DNA from: a virus
Taxonomy: Duplodnaviria > Caudoviricetes
IMG/VR virus record: IMGVR_UViG_3300036783_000349
Location: 1 to 34,659 of that record
DNA: 34,659 nucleotides
Direction: 5' to 3' (one strand)
A model generated the notes under the pieces. The model made no database searches, had not been told where the DNA came from, and worked only from the letters and a program-made list of their open reading frames with translations. The position numbers and the translations under genes are program-made. Shown here piece after piece: positions 18,733 through 26,969 of the stretch (position 1 is its first letter; each line of letters opens with the position of its first letter).

Positions 18733-18826
18733 ACGGCTTTCTCCTGAAAAAATGGGCGGTGGACGGGATTTTGGTAAGGCAATGCCTGCCGCCATCCCGT
18801 GCCGCCCGTGCGCGGGGCACGTTCCG

Positions 18827-19477
18827 TTACTGGCTCTCATTGCGCAGTCTGCGCTCAAGCCGTTCTTTGTCTTTTTTCACGCCGCAGCGCGGGTCCAGTT
18901 GCAACGCGTGAGTGATGTGATTCAGGGCGGAGGCCGGGCTGGATTCACAGAGCAACAGGCCGATGGCTTTATGCAAACGGGCGCGGGACTGATCGGGCAT
19001 ATCGGTGCCGTCCGTCATATCCAGCGCCTGCAGCAACAGCTCCGCCTCAAAAGGTTGTACGGCAGTGATGGCGGCCTGCGCCGCGTCTGCCAGTTCCTCA
19101 ACCAGCACTGTCTGCGTGTTGCGGTTGCCAAGCGGCATCACCCAGCTCCGGCGCAGCGCGTGGCCTGCGATTTGCAGCGCCCCGGCATAATCACCGGCAT
19201 CAATGCGCCAGAGCATCACGTACATCACCACGTCATCCTGCTGCGTGGCATCAGCCGCCAGCACACCATCAACCCAGGCGGCATATTTCGGCAGCAGCTC
19301 CACCTTGATTTGCGCCTTTTTCAACGTGGACTGAATGCCTTTCAGGCGGCGCTTATCCTCCGCCAGCTGCAGCAGCATCTGGTCATAACCCGACGCGTGG
19401 CGAACATTGCCGCCCAGACGGGCGGCCTGTTCAGCCTGGACGCGCAGGCGGTGCTGCCGTGCGGGACTCAGGCTCAT
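18827..19477 (-). CDS. M: Terminase small subunit gpM
   Basis: 'SPARQHR', 'LWRIDAGDY' and 'GVKKDKERLER' motifs. Confidence 0.92.
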   Translation of the reverse strand: MSLSPARQHRLRVQAEQAARLGGNVRHASGYDQMLLQLAEDKRRLKGIQSTLKKAQIKVELLPKYAAWVDGVLAADATQQDDVVMYVMLWRIDAGDYAGALQIAGHALRRSWVMPLGNRNTQTVLVEELADAAQAAITAVQPFEAELLLQALDMTDGTDMPDQSRARLHKAIGLLLCESSPASALNHITHALQLDPRCGVKKDKERLERRLRNESQ

Positions 19478-19480
19478 GAT

Positions 19481-20545
19481 TTATTCCCCACCTTCCGGTG
19501 CCACTGGCGCGCTGAAATCACGGATCTCAATGTTTTCCACCAGAGCCACGCAGCGGTAATCCTCCACCACATACGCCTCATTGACGGATTCAAAGTTTTC
19601 GATGCGGTCACGCTTCGGATTGTCGATCACCGCTCGGCGGCGGGTGTCTTCCTGCCAGTAGATGGACAGGTTATCCAGACGGGTGATCATCAGAGCATTT
19701 GACGGGAAGAACGGCGCGCGCACCGCCTGCAGGCCACCCATGCGTTTCTGGCTAATGATGAGATCGGCCGCCATTTTTTCGCTGTTGTCCTGCTCTTTGT
19801 TGACCAGCGGGAAATACTTGTCCGCCAGCAGCTCACGACCACAGACCACCACCAGACCGTCATCGTCCTGGAAAATCGGGTCGATCAACTCGTTGACGGC
19901 ATCCATTACCAGCGCATCCAGATTCAGGTACTGACCACCTGAACCGACTTTCACCGGGGCTGCGGTGGTGGTTCCGTCTTCTGCCGTGGCGCTGCCCATT
20001 ACGCAGTCCGCCGCGTCTTCACGCACCTTCTGCAGCCAGCCTTTGTTCACGTCCTGCAGCATTGGGTTGTCGGTGCGGTTAGAGGTTTTGGCGCGCTTTA
20101 CGCCATTGAAGCCAATCATGATGCGGTCCAGCGCCTGGCGCTGAATGATGGCGTTACGGATACGCAGCTGGAAATCCTGGAATTTGGCCCACAGGTCCAG
20201 CTTCGCGTAAGTCAGCACCGTGTCGAAGTTGGTCTGCTCGCATTTGTATTCCACGTCCGTCATCAACGTTGGATCAACGGCTTCGCGCTCTTTGGCGGTG
20301 GTGTCGGTGGTTCCGGCAATGGTGCTGCCCACACCCAGCCCCAGCAACTGACCGGACTGCTCAGATACACCCATGACGTTAATCAGGGTGAGGAACGCAG
20401 CGGACTGTTGGATCTGATCTTCCAGGGTCTGCTGCACGGACGGCTCCACCGTGAATTTGCTGGAGAGTTCTTCAACCGGAATATTATTCAGGCGGGCCAG
20501 CTGCATCAGGTAGGCGTTAAAGGCAAATTTGGTTTTCTGTTTCAT
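19481..20545 (-). CDS. N: Major capsid protein gpN
   Basis: 'FTVEPSVQQTLE', 'ALDRIMIGFNG' and 'LQDVNKGWLQK' motifs. Confidence 0.95.
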   Translation of the reverse strand: MKQKTKFAFNAYLMQLARLNNIPVEELSSKFTVEPSVQQTLEDQIQQSAAFLTLINVMGVSEQSGQLLGLGVGSTIAGTTDTTAKEREAVDPTLMTDVEYKCEQTNFDTVLTYAKLDLWAKFQDFQLRIRNAIIQRQALDRIMIGFNGVKRAKTSNRTDNPMLQDVNKGWLQKVREDAADCVMGSATAEDGTTTAAPVKVGSGGQYLNLDALVMDAVNELIDPIFQDDDGLVVVCGRELLADKYFPLVNKEQDNSEKMAADLIISQKRMGGLQAVRAPFFPSNALMITRLDNLSIYWQEDTRRRAVIDNPKRDRIENFESVNEAYVVEDYRCVALVENIEIRDFSAPVAPEGGE

Positions 20546-20561
20546 CGGGCGTTGTGCTCCA

Positions 20562-21395
20562 TCAGCAGTTAGTCACGGTGCCAGCCGGAGCGTCACCGCC
20601 CGGCGCACGCTGGCGGTAATCCTTGCGGCTGTCTTCGGTACTCAGCTGCTGTTGCAGCGCCGCAAAATCGGCCTGCTGTTTCTGCAGTGAGGTTTCCAGC
20701 GAAGACAAGCGGGTTTCCTGCTCAGACAGGGATTTGTCGGTGCGCTCGCCAAAACTCTGCTGCTCAGTAGCGACCAGCTCCACGGCTTTATGTACATCAG
20801 AGAAACGCGCATCATCGGTCTGCTCTTTTTTGGCAAACAGCGCGGTCACGCGAGAAAAGAGGGAGGGTTTGTCGTCATGGGTTTCGTCGAGTTCGATAAC
20901 CGTTTCGACGGCGGCGGAAAACAGGTTTTCCGGGTTTTGTTTGCGGTTCGCCAGCGGGTTCTGGGTAGCGGTGGCGCTGAAGGTCAGCATTTCCGTGCCC
21001 AGGCTTGCCGGGTCATCCGTTGCTGCCAAGCCGACCAGATAGGCTTTACCGGAATCGGCAAACTGCGGGCTGACTTCCATGGAGGTAAAGAGCTTCTGCC
21101 CTTTCTTCACCAGGGCGATCAGCGCATCCGTCGGGGCCACATCGGCATACAGCGCCATCTTGCCCGCCATTGGACCGTCTTTGATTTCCTCAGCTACCAG
21201 GGCAGACACGGTGCCGTAACGGTTAAAAGTGCTGTCCGGCAGATAAGACTTGATGTGCTCAAGGTTAATTTGCGCGGTGTAGAGCGTCGGGTTGTAACTG
21301 GCTGCCATCTGTACCAGCCAGTCACGCTGGATTTCGCGCCCGTCAGTGGTGGCACCTTCCACCCCGATGCGGAAACGCTTTGCTTTCGCTGTCAT
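20562..21395 (-). CDS. O: Capsid scaffolding protein/protease gpO
   Basis: 'FRIGVEGATTDGR', 'INLEH' and 'YLVGLAATDDPASLGTE' motifs. Confidence 0.95.
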   Translation of the reverse strand: MTAKAKRFRIGVEGATTDGREIQRDWLVQMAASYNPTLYTAQINLEHIKSYLPDSTFNRYGTVSALVAEEIKDGPMAGKMALYADVAPTDALIALVKKGQKLFTSMEVSPQFADSGKAYLVGLAATDDPASLGTEMLTFSATATQNPLANRKQNPENLFSAAVETVIELDETHDDKPSLFSRVTALFAKKEQTDDARFSDVHKAVELVATEQQSFGERTDKSLSEQETRLSSLETSLQKQQADFAALQQQLSTEDSRKDYRQRAPGGDAPAGTVTNC

Positions 21396-21473
21396 GAGCC
21401 ATGCTCCGTTAGAAAATACTTACTGGAGCCTTATGTTTGCTGGGATGGGGGGAGTGAAACAACGCGCGGGGCT

Positions 21474-21491
21474 TGTACTAAGGACTACACA
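21474..21491. promoter_or_regulatory. Ogr-binding box between divergent O and P
   Basis: TGT-ACTAAGGACTAC-ACA fits TGT-N12-ACA. Confidence 0.7.
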
Positions 21492-21537
21492 AACCGCAGC
21501 CGGGGAAAGGTGTCAGTCAAGACCGTAATCTTGTGTC

Positions 21538-23304
21538 ATGAACACCACACTGACTCCCGCAGATCTCGATCCCCGCCGGCAGGCCATGATGCTGTACTTT
21601 CAGGGATACCGCGTAGCCCGCATTGCTGAAATGCTGGGCGAGAAAGTTGCAACCGTACACAGCTGGAAGAAGCGCGACAAGTGGGGCGAATATGGCCCGC
21701 TGGATCAGATGCAGCTCACCACTGCCGCGCGTTATTGCCAGCTCATCATGAAGGAGCAGAAAGAGGGGAAAGACTTCAAAGAGATTGACCTGCTGGCGCG
21801 TCAGTCAGAACGTCATGCCCGCATCGGCAAATTTAACGACGGCGGCAACGAGGCCGACCTTAATCCCAACGTATCAAACCGCAACAAAGGCCCGCGCAAG
21901 CCACCGGAAAAGAACGTATTCAGCGATGACCAGACCGAAAAGCTGCAGGAGATTTTCCATAGCTCGATGTTCGCCTATCAGCGCCACTGGTGGGAGGCAG
22001 GAAACCGTCACCGCATCCGTAACCTGCTCAAGTCCCGCCAGATTGGCGCAACCTTCTTCTTTGCCCGTGAGGCGCTGATTGACGCCATTACCACCGGGCG
22101 TAACCAGATTTTCCTTTCAGCCAGTAAGGCCCAGGCGCACGTCTTCAAGCAGTACATTATCGACTTCGCCAAAGAGGTTGATGTGGAGCTGAAAGGCGAT
22201 CCGATGGTGCTGCCCAACGGCGCAACGCTCTATTTCCTGGGCACCAACGCCCGCACGGCGCAGAGCTACCACGGCAACCTGTACCTGGATGAATATTTCT
22301 GGATCCCGAAATTCCAGGAGCTGCGCAAAGTGGCCTCCGGCATGGCAATTCATAAGCGCTGGCGGCAGACCTACTTTTCCACCCCGTCGAGCCTGACACA
22401 CAGCGCCTATCCGTTCTGGTCAGGCGCGCTATTCAACCGAGGCCGGGCCAAAGCCGATAAGGTGGACATTGACCTCACCCACAGCGGCCTGGCTCCCGGC
22501 CTGCTCTGCCCGGACGGGCAATACCGCCAGATTGTCACCGTAGAAGACGCGGTGCGCGGCGGCTGTAACCTGTTCGACCTCGACCAGCTGCGTATGGAGT
22601 ACAGCCCGGACGAATATCAGAACCTGCTGATGTGCGAATTTATCGACGATCTCGCGTCGGTATTCCCGCTCAGCGAGCTGCAGGCATGCATGGTGGACAG
22701 CTGGGAAGTGTGGGCAGATTTTCAGGCCCTGGCCCTGCGCCCGTTTGGCTGGCGTGAAGTCTGGATCGGCTATGACCCGGCGAAGGGCACGCAGAACGGT
22801 GACAGCGCCGGATGCGTGGTCATGGCTCCACCTGCCGTGCCGGGCGGCAAGTTCCGCATTCTGGAGCGCCACCAGTGGCGCGGCATGGACTTCCGCGCTC
22901 AGGCCGACGCCATCAAGCAACTCACTCAGCAGTACAACGTGACCTATATCGGCATCGACTCAACGGGCGTGGGCCACGGCGTGTATGAGAACGTGAAAGC
23001 GTTCTTCCCGGCCGTGCGCGAATTCGTCTACAACCCGAACGTAAAAAACGCCCTGGTACTCAAGGCCTACGACATTATCAGCCACCGCCGCCTGGAGTTC
23101 GACGCCGGGCACACCGACATTGCGCAGTCATTCATGGCAATCCGCCGGGCCACCACCGCCAGCGGCAATCGCCCAACCTACGAAGCCAGCCGCAGCGAAG
23201 AAGCCAGCCACGCAGATTTGGCCTGGGCAACGATGCACGCGCTGTTTAACGAACCGCTGCAGGGCGAAGCCGCCAATACCAGCAACATTGTGGAGATTTT
23301 TTAA
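21538..23304 (+). CDS. P: Terminase large subunit gpP
   Basis: N-terminal HTH, Walker A 'KSRQIGAT', Walker B 'LYLDE', nuclease motifs 'IGYDP' and 'HADLAWA'. Confidence 0.96.
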   Translation: MNTTLTPADLDPRRQAMMLYFQGYRVARIAEMLGEKVATVHSWKKRDKWGEYGPLDQMQLTTAARYCQLIMKEQKEGKDFKEIDLLARQSERHARIGKFNDGGNEADLNPNVSNRNKGPRKPPEKNVFSDDQTEKLQEIFHSSMFAYQRHWWEAGNRHRIRNLLKSRQIGATFFFAREALIDAITTGRNQIFLSASKAQAHVFKQYIIDFAKEVDVELKGDPMVLPNGATLYFLGTNARTAQSYHGNLYLDEYFWIPKFQELRKVASGMAIHKRWRQTYFSTPSSLTHSAYPFWSGALFNRGRAKADKVDIDLTHSGLAPGLLCPDGQYRQIVTVEDAVRGGCNLFDLDQLRMEYSPDEYQNLLMCEFIDDLASVFPLSELQACMVDSWEVWADFQALALRPFGWREVWIGYDPAKGTQNGDSAGCVVMAPPAVPGGKFRILERHQWRGMDFRAQADAIKQLTQQYNVTYIGIDSTGVGHGVYENVKAFFPAVREFVYNPNVKNALVLKAYDIISHRRLEFDAGHTDIAQSFMAIRRATTASGNRPTYEASRSEEASHADLAWATMHALFNEPLQGEAANTSNIVEIF

Positions 23305-24011
23305 TGAAACCAACGCTTATCAATCTGTTTTCAGATGCCTGTTTTTATAGCCGCGCAACTCCGTTTAATTACCAGATGAGCTGGAATGCAGGCGCTCGCG
23401 GCACACGCAGGGTGCTGACCAAAATGCGCCAGTGTGGCGCTGATTGGTTTTTCTCACTTGAGGCGCTGTCTGACGCGTTAACCACCGGACGAAACCAAAT
23501 TTTCCTGGGATGCGGTGACGATCATTCGCAGGTTAACAGGACCTATATCAACGCGCTGCTGTTGAACGCGGGACCACAACTGCAAATCCATGTATTGCGT
23601 ATGACAGACCACTATCTGGAACTGAGCAACGGCGCATTCATCTACTTTATCGACCCGGACAGCCACTGCGCTGCGCTCTATGGAAACGTCTACGTGTCAG
23701 AGTATGCCTGGGCAGACTCGCCCAAAAATGTTATTGCGCTTGCCAGGGCGCTATCCATGAACGCCCGCTATCACACGACCTACTACACCACCCCCAGCCA
23801 CAACCCGGAAGCATGGCGGGAATACAAAAAGCTGCTCGCCAGCAACAACACAGCCAGCCTTATTTTTACCGCTGAGGATGCAGCAGCATCAGGAGCACCA
23901 CTCTTTGATGATGATTGGCTGGGTCAAATGAAAAAAGAAACATCGGCTAAGAACTGGAAAATGCTGTTTATGTGCGAATGGCCACAGGCTGACAAGGAGC
24001 TGGGGGCATGA
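23304..24011 (+). CDS. Terminase-ATPase-like paralog (degenerate motifs, no nuclease domain)
   Basis: Aligns by eye to the ATPase region of gpP (DALTTGRNQIFL vs DAITTGRNQIFL; LFMCEW vs LLMCEF); overlaps both P and Q. Confidence 0.85.
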   Translation: MKPTLINLFSDACFYSRATPFNYQMSWNAGARGTRRVLTKMRQCGADWFFSLEALSDALTTGRNQIFLGCGDDHSQVNRTYINALLLNAGPQLQIHVLRMTDHYLELSNGAFIYFIDPDSHCAALYGNVYVSEYAWADSPKNVIALARALSMNARYHTTYYTTPSHNPEAWREYKKLLASNNTASLIFTAEDAAASGAPLFDDDWLGQMKKETSAKNWKMLFMCEWPQADKELGA

Positions 24012-25063
24012 GCAATCCTGAAAACCAAAACTCTCAATCCCCAGCCATCACCAGCCCTGCGCCAGCAGAAGCCACCGCACAGCAAAATACCGCCATGTCT
24101 GCGGAGGCGTTCAGCTTTGGCGACCCGATCCCGGTACTGGACCGCCGCGAGCTGCTGGATTATGTGGAGTGCGTGCAGATGGACCGGTGGTATGAGCCGC
24201 CGGTGAGTTTTGACGGGCTGGCGCGTACCTACCGCGCCGCCGTACATCACAGTTCCCCGATTGCGGTGAAGCGCAACATTCTGACCAGCACCTTTATCCC
24301 GCACCCGCTGCTGAGCCAGCAGGCGTTCAGCCGATTTGTGCAGGACTATCTGGTGTTCGGTAACGCCTATCTGGAGAAGCGTACCAACCGGCTCGGCGGC
24401 ATTCTGTCGCTGGAACCATCGCTGTCGAAATACACCCGCCGCGGCGTGGATCTGGATACCTACTGGTTTGTGCAGTACGGCATGACCACCCAGCCGTATG
24501 AGTTCACCAAAGGCAGCATTTTTCATCTGATGGAGCCGGACTTAAACCAGGAGATTTACGGCCTGCCAGAATACCTGTCCGCCATCCCCTCAGCCCTGCT
24601 GAACGAGTCCGCCACGCTGTTCCGCCGCAAGTATTATATCAACGGCAGCCATGCGGGGTTCATTATGTACATGACCGACGCTGCGCAGAACCAGGAGGAC
24701 GTGAACAACATCCGCCAGGCCATGAAAAGCGCCAAAGGGCCGGGCAACTTCCGCAACCTGTTTATGTACTCACCCAACGGCAAAAAGGACGGGATTCAGA
24801 TCATCCCGTTGTCAGAGGTAGCGGCAAAGGATGAGTTTCTGAACATCAAGAACGTGAGCCGGGATGACATGATGGCAGCGCACCGCGTGCCGCCGCAGAT
24901 GATGGGGATTATGCCGAGTAACGTTGGGGGATTTGGGGATGTGGAAAAGGCGAGCAACGTTTTTGTAAGGAATGAACTAATACCATTACAAAAAAGATTA
25001 GAGGAACTAAATGTGTGGTTAGGTAAAAAAGTCATCCAGTTTCAGCAATATATATTGACTTAA
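24008..25063 (+). CDS. Q: Portal protein gpQ (PBSX family)
   Basis: 'AFSFGDPIPV', 'QEIYGLPEYL' and 'AHRVPPQMMG' motifs. Confidence 0.95.
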   Translation: MSNPENQNSQSPAITSPAPAEATAQQNTAMSAEAFSFGDPIPVLDRRELLDYVECVQMDRWYEPPVSFDGLARTYRAAVHHSSPIAVKRNILTSTFIPHPLLSQQAFSRFVQDYLVFGNAYLEKRTNRLGGILSLEPSLSKYTRRGVDLDTYWFVQYGMTTQPYEFTKGSIFHLMEPDLNQEIYGLPEYLSAIPSALLNESATLFRRKYYINGSHAGFIMYMTDAAQNQEDVNNIRQAMKSAKGPGNFRNLFMYSPNGKKDGIQIIPLSEVAAKDEFLNIKNVSRDDMMAAHRVPPQMMGIMPSNVGGFGDVEKASNVFVRNELIPLQKRLEELNVWLGKKVIQFQQYILT

Positions 25064-25073
25064 ATTTAATTTC

Positions 25074-25097
25074 AAGGCTGCCGAATTCGGCAGCCTT
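25074..25097. terminator. 24 bp perfect palindrome between convergent Q and ATPase genes
   Basis: AAGGCTGCCGAATTCGGCAGCCTT; U-tracts are weak on both strands. Confidence 0.6.
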
Positions 25098-25103
25098 AAA
25101 AAT

Positions 25104-26354
25104 TTATCGCCATTTAAGATAGAAGGCAAAGAATGGATCAGTAATGTGCAACTTACGGTCTTCTTTATCCCAATCAATTACAGGAGTTGACGCTTCTTCA
25201 GTTGCAGCAATTTTTGCCATTTTCTCTATCACACGCGTTACTTCGTGGGCTTGTGGTGGAGAGTCTTGTACCAATTCACGTATAGCTGCCCTTAATTCTT
25301 CATACTGGATACTTTGCATTCCAGGTTTCATATGCGACAAAGCATATAATACAACTTTATATATATCTACCTCCTCTCCATTTTTGAGTTTCCTCGGGAT
25401 TCTATCCGTACGCTGATTCGGCCCGCTAGCCAACTTATCGAATACTATTTTACCTGTTGATTCTGCAACACGTTTAAAAATATCGTCGTCTAAATTATTA
25501 ATATTCAATTCAGATTGCAATGTTTCCTTAACATCATTTGCCAAACAGATAGCCTTACAAAATTCTTGCATTAAATGAGGGCTTCCCAATGATTCGTGAG
25601 CAAGTCTATCAGCAACTGACTCACTAACATTTATGTTCAAAAGCGGAAAACCTATTTTTGCAATTTGTTTTAACTCATCCATTTCCCATGAAGGCATTGA
25701 AATGTTTTCTAGGCGACCCGTAATTTCTTTTTCAACTTTTACTGCATCATATCTTCGATGTGGTATTGCTATCAATACAACTGGAACACCATCAAAAACC
25801 AATGGTTTTACTGCTCTAATAAAGCTCCCTTGTAGTTCACGCTCAAGGTAATGAAAATCATCGATAATTAGAGAAGCTTTGGTTGTAGAAAGTACTTTTA
25901 ATGCAGAACTTTTCGCTGTGGTCGTGCGCGATTTTTTATTCCCACTTGACGAGCCATCAGTCTGAACTACACCTGCTTCACCTGTACCTTTAACAAGTAA
26001 TGCACTAGCAGTCCCTGACACCTTACCACTAATAGCAAGAGCGCTATTCTCTCCAGAATTAACTTCCACATTATGATAGCCGTTTAGTTTATCTAACACC
26101 TGCTCCCAAATATCATTTTCTGATGTAATACTCCCACCATCAATCCATATAACGTTATCGTCAAGGGCGGGAAATACCATTCTTGTAATTACAGTTTTAC
26201 CTGACTTAGTTTGTCCGGTTAATGTTACTAGCTTGCATAAATTATCTTTAACACTTTCCAGCTTTCCATGAACCTCACCTTCAGAGCGTTCAACATATGT
26301 CAATTTCGGCATACCGCCAGGCACAAAAACTTGTGAAGCTCGTTGTTTATCCAT
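25104..26354 (-). CDS. P-loop ATPase (AAA+/STAND-like) with probable C-terminal winged helix, moron
   Basis: Walker A GQTKSGKT, Walker B LIIDDFH, 'GSPHLMQ' helical-domain motif, C-terminal 'ITDPFFAFYL'; AT-rich; ATG at 26354 (TTG alternative at 26360). Confidence 0.8.
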   Translation of the reverse strand: MDKQRASQVFVPGGMPKLTYVERSEGEVHGKLESVKDNLCKLVTLTGQTKSGKTVITRMVFPALDDNVIWIDGGSITSENDIWEQVLDKLNGYHNVEVNSGENSALAISGKVSGTASALLVKGTGEAGVVQTDGSSSGNKKSRTTTAKSSALKVLSTTKASLIIDDFHYLERELQGSFIRAVKPLVFDGVPVVLIAIPHRRYDAVKVEKEITGRLENISMPSWEMDELKQIAKIGFPLLNINVSESVADRLAHESLGSPHLMQEFCKAICLANDVKETLQSELNINNLDDDIFKRVAESTGKIVFDKLASGPNQRTDRIPRKLKNGEEVDIYKVVLYALSHMKPGMQSIQYEELRAAIRELVQDSPPQAHEVTRVIEKMAKIAATEEASTPVIDWDKEDRKLHITDPFFAFYLKWR

Positions 26355-26467
26355 GAACAAGTCCCATCAATATAGTTATACGATTTATCAATCTCATAAA
26401 GAACTGAAGCAGCTCAGTTAGTCCTTTAACATTACCTTAATTCATTCTTCAAGACCACTAGCGCGCG

Positions 26468-26486
26468 CTCGTATCCCCGCCACGCC
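26468..26486 (-). other. cos site (19 nt cohesive-end sequence)
   Basis: GGCGTGGCGGGGATACGAG closely resembles P2/186 cos (GGCGWGGCGGGGAAAGCAY); followed by TGCATG/CATGCA repeats to about 26610. Confidence 0.8.
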
Positions 26487-26668
26487 TGCGCGCTTTATGG
26501 AGTGGTTTTCATGCAGGTGCATGACGGGCCAGAAGGTACGCCAGCGCTGGCGGTTCTGACCCGTTGCGATCCTTTTGCGATCATGCGAATTCATGCACCA
26601 TACGCATGCACTGCCTTCGTATAACTTGCGACGCCATTTGGGAGGGAGTTTTCCCAGGCAAAAATTCG

Positions 26669-26854
26669 CTAATGCGTGCTTTCATCCTGCCCTACTCCGT
26701 ATACATTTAGCCTGGTCACCAGATCGCTCGTCAGTTCTGACAACCATGAAATGGCAACTTCCTTATCATCATCGCTGCAGTCTGAGCTGGCGACCAGTCG
26801 GGCCATAAGTTCGATACGCTGTAGTGCAAGTGACTCCATGAACAAATCGTTCAC
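26669..26854 (-). CDS. tum: Tum-like SOS-induced antirepressor
   Basis: 61 aa acidic ORF with a strong SD, downstream of A and directly behind a LexA box, matching the position of tum in 186/Fels-2. Confidence 0.65.
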   Translation of the reverse strand: MNDLFMESLALQRIELMARLVASSDCSDDDKEVAISWLSELTSDLVTRLNVYGVGQDESTH

Positions 26855-26870
26855 AACTCCCTCCCCTTAT

Positions 26871-26913
26871 TACTGTTTATATATACAGTACATCATGTGT
26901 AATTAAAGCTGAA
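26871..26913 (-). promoter_or_regulatory. LexA box and overlapping sigma70 promoter for tum
   Basis: TACTGTTTATATATACAGTA (26871-26890, CTG-N10-CAG); on the minus strand TTCAGC-17 bp-TACTGT. Confidence 0.88.
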
Positions 26914-26969
26914 ATACTTTTTTACTCAGCTAACCCTTTGATTAATAGATAACCTCATTCCCGACCTTC

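Noticed and set aside
18548-19702. 384 aa plus-strand ORF
   Set aside because: Antisense to L, M and N; no independent evidence of coding.
20790-21629. 279 aa plus-strand ORF
   Set aside because: Overlaps O antisense, the O/P promoter region and the start of P; no motifs.
26505-26612. TGCATG/CATGCA repeats as a CRISPR or novel repeat array
   Set aside because: Short, irregularly spaced and adjacent to cos; better explained as packaging-region sequence.
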